Shown piece after piece: positions 61,398 through 64,000 of a DNA stretch of 64,000 nt; within the stretch, counting starts at the first letter, position 1, and every line of letters starts with the position of its first letter. The stretch is from an uncultured Armatimonadetes bacterium. Lineage in GTDB: Bacteria; Armatimonadota; Hebobacteria; Hebobacterales; Hebobacteraceae. Both the position numbers and the translations under genes were made by a program. The notes beneath the pieces were generated by a model. The model was not told where the DNA came from, did no database searches, and was given only the letters and a program-made list of their open reading frames with translations. The DNA is taken from the NCBI GenBank assembly GCA_963716175.1, contig OY970296.1, forward strand, positions 96,001-160,000, given 5' to 3'.

Positions 61398-63032
61398 ATG
61401 GACCACCTGATGTTTCTGAGCATCGTCTGCGCGCTCTGCTGCTGCGCTACGGCAGCTCACGGGCGCGAGATCACAGTCGCTCCCGGCGCATCCGGAGAGT
61501 CGGTGCTCGGCAGGGCGATCGAGGCCGCCAGGCCCGGAGATGCCATCCACGTGCGTAGAGGCGTCTACCGCGAGACCCTCACCATCACCAAATCGGTGTC
61601 CATCGTGGGCGAGGAGGGGGCCCTTCTGGACCCCTCGCAGCCTTTCCGGCCTGACTGGCGCCCCGCGGGCGAGGTCGGAAAGGGGGTGTACCGGGCACCC
61701 GTCGAGGATCATCCGCGCGTGCTCTGCGTGGACGGCAAGATCATCCCGGAGCTGAACCCCGAGAACCCCGGGTGCAGCTCGGAGGACAGAGGTGACTGGT
61801 ACTGGCGGAGACTGCTGGTTGCTGGCACTCCGCGCACCGGGTTCCAGCAGATCCGGGCATTGTGGGTCTACCGGCGCGACGAGAAGGCGATGTACGTCCA
61901 TCTCGCCGACGACGCGGACCCCGGGCGTCTGCACTGGTCTGCTTCCTGGGAGGGCGTGCCGATCATCTCGTTCAAAGGGGCGACGAATGCCTCGGTGACC
62001 GGGCTCACCCTGGCGCACGGCTACCAGGGCGTCGCCTTCGAGCAGGGAGCGCGCCAGTGCTCTCTCCACCGGTGCACCATCGGTCCCTGGGACAGGGACG
62101 GAGTCGTGCTGCGGTCGGGGGCGTCCGACTGCCTGGTGGAGCGCAATGAGATCTTCCGCGGCGCCTATGAGGATTGGGTGCCCCATGACGACTCTCGCGA
62201 GCTGTATGAGATCTGGCAGATCCACAAGGTGGCCGGCTACTGGGACCGGGTGGGCATTGACATGGTTCGCCTCGGCACCGGCAACCGGATCCACGCCAAT
62301 CACGTCTACGAGACCTTCGACGGCATTGACCTGGGCGATTCGGACACGGAGTCGCTGTCCATTCCGCTCCACGATCCGGACGACGGCCGGGACACGGAGA
62401 TCTGGAAGAACGTCATCGAGCGCACCCGGGATTCGGGCATCGAGCTTGGGGTGGGGTGTATCAACGTGAAAGTGCATCACAACATCCTGCGGCAGACCCA
62501 CGGCGGGCTGCGCTACAAGCTGCCGCGCGTCGGCCCGGTGTTCATCTACCGGAATGTGCTCATTGACGGCGCACCCTACAACATCTGGTACAGCATGGAC
62601 GCCTCTCCCGCGGAGGGCTACGTCTACCACAACACCATCATCGGCGGGCAGGCTGCGCTTGCCTACCAGTTCCGCAAGAACGCCGATATCGGCACTCCGA
62701 ACTGGCATTACCTCAATAACCTGGTGATTGGCACCAAGGGGTTCTTCAGCCCGGGGAGGGGGGAGACGCCGGTGAGCTTCATCACGGACTACAACGTGGT
62801 GGTGGGCGGCGGCAGGCCCTACCCCAGCGATCCGACAAAAGATAGCCACTCGCGCTATGTGGAGGCAGTGCCGTTGGCGCCTGGCTTCCCGCCGAAGCCG
62901 CTTACCGGCAGCCCGGCCAGCGATGCGGGGCTGGATCTGTCCACTTACCTCCACGGCAAGCCGCTGCCCGGGTGTGAGCCGGGGTACTTCCAGGGGAAAG
63001 CCCCGGACGCCGGGGCCTACGAGGTGGAATAG
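61398..63032 (+). CDS. Secreted right-handed parallel beta-helix protein
   Basis: Signal peptide; AIEAARPGDAIHVRRGVYRE; DSGIEL, GPVFIYRNV, YVYHNT, APDAGAYE. Confidence 0.75.
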   Translation: MDHLMFLSIVCALCCCATAAHGREITVAPGASGESVLGRAIEAARPGDAIHVRRGVYRETLTITKSVSIVGEEGALLDPSQPFRPDWRPAGEVGKGVYRAPVEDHPRVLCVDGKIIPELNPENPGCSSEDRGDWYWRRLLVAGTPRTGFQQIRALWVYRRDEKAMYVHLADDADPGRLHWSASWEGVPIISFKGATNASVTGLTLAHGYQGVAFEQGARQCSLHRCTIGPWDRDGVVLRSGASDCLVERNEIFRGAYEDWVPHDDSRELYEIWQIHKVAGYWDRVGIDMVRLGTGNRIHANHVYETFDGIDLGDSDTESLSIPLHDPDDGRDTEIWKNVIERTRDSGIELGVGCINVKVHHNILRQTHGGLRYKLPRVGPVFIYRNVLIDGAPYNIWYSMDASPAEGYVYHNTIIGGQAALAYQFRKNADIGTPNWHYLNNLVIGTKGFFSPGRGETPVSFITDYNVVVGGGRPYPSDPTKDSHSRYVEAVPLAPGFPPKPLTGSPASDAGLDLSTYLHGKPLPGCEPGYFQGKAPDAGAYEVE

Positions 63033-63211
63033 GCGCGGCCAGGCGTTGGGCTGTGCGAGAGCATCGCTCCCTGCGACGGCTGACGGCTTTCAGGAGGGCG
63101 GACTCGAAGGAGCTTTGCCCGTCGCTGCTGCAGCCCACTTGGGCGGATGGCGACCGGCGGCATGAGGTACTCCGGACTCCGTAGCTGATCCGGTGCAAGG
63201 AGGTGGAAAGC

Positions 63212-64000
63212 ATGTGCCTGTCTACTCTGACGCTGCTCGCTGCAATCGCGGTCGCGGTGGCGCTGTGCGCCGGGGCTGCGCCGGCGCGCGCTCCGGGCTT
63301 CGCGGGCGAGACGAACCGGATCACGGTGCGACCGCGGGAGATCGACGACGTGCTGTACAACCCCGGCATGGGCTTCACGACCATGGGCAGCTTCGACGGG
63401 GACGTCCCGGGCCACCCCAGGTCTACCATCGCCTACTGGAGGTGGTACTGGAACGCGATCGAGCCGGAGAGCGGCGCCTACCGGTGGGACATCATCGATG
63501 ATGTGATCGAGAAGGCGACGGCCCGCGGACAGCGCGCCGCCCTCGGGATTATGCCGAGCAATGGCCGGGGTGGAGCGCCGCACTGGTACCGCGATCTGGG
63601 CGCGAAGGGTTGGGACTTCCGCCCTGAGGAGGGCACCACTGGCTGGATGCCCGATCACAACGACCCGTTGTACATCCAGCACATGGGGCGGCTGGTGCGG
63701 GAGTTCGGCAAGCGCTACGATGGGAACCCGCAGATTGACCATGTCGACATGCGCTCGTTGGGACACTGGGGCGAGTGGCACTTCTACTTCACCGAGAAGA
63801 ACCCCGATTGGATGAACGCGACACCCGAGACGCGGCGCGCGCTGGTCGACATGTACCTGGAGAGCTTCAAGAGGACGCCCCTCCTCATGCTCATCGGCCC
63901 AATCGACGACCTTCGTTATGCCGTGGCGAATGGTACCGGGTGGCGGGCGGACTGTCTCGGGGATGTGAAGCCCGGCTGGAATCATATGAGGGACAGGTAT
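63212..64000 (+). CDS. Secreted DUF4832 / beta-galactosidase-like protein (runs off the window)
   Basis: AAGGAGG RBS; signal peptide; VLYNPGMGF, AYWRWYWNAIEPESGAYRWDIID, RYDGNP, GHWGEWH; absent from the ORF track because it has no stop in the window. Confidence 0.7.
   Translation, partial: MCLSTLTLLAAIAVAVALCAGAAPARAPGFAGETNRITVRPREIDDVLYNPGMGFTTMGSFDGDVPGHPRSTIAYWRWYWNAIEPESGAYRWDIIDDVIEKATARGQRAALGIMPSNGRGGAPHWYRDLGAKGWDFRPEEGTTGWMPDHNDPLYIQHMGRLVREFGKRYDGNPQIDHVDMRSLGHWGEWHFYFTEKNPDWMNATPETRRALVDMYLESFKRTPLLMLIGPIDDLRYAVANGTGWRADCLGDVKPGWNHMRDRY

Overview
High-GC bacterial DNA, most consistent with Armatimonadota (inference from four DUF1559/H-X9-DG prepilin-like genes and two DUF6785/DUF6784-type membrane proteins). 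No rRNA, tRNA or CRISPR array was seen. The window holds sugar-catabolic and secreted carbohydrate-active genes; a tightly coupled minus-strand operon (PflX-like radical SAM, small ORF, Ycf46-type AAA+ ATPase, DUF1257, TPR, DUF2997, Zn-ribbon/S26-like protein, PilT); two AraC + prepilin-like + DUF6785 + hydrolase loci with recognisable 21-bp-spaced operator repeats; a PadR/HAAS-controlled cluster of three paralogous lipoproteins and a MacAB-like ABC exporter; two ADP-ribosylglycohydrolases with a ribokinase; a DEAD-box/RRM/Zn-ribbon operon; and several transposase/integrase remnants. The strongest finding is an intact IS110 element (about 28572-30094). Its left end folds into a two-loop bridge-RNA-like structure whose guide segments match its own target and donor junctions. 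It sits inside an ~80-bp repeat whose uninterrupted copy lies at 61066-61146, which independently supports the boundaries. Several single frameshifts and an apparent inversion near 55.4-55.9 kb may be assembly artefacts. Family names come from motif recognition by eye, not database searches.
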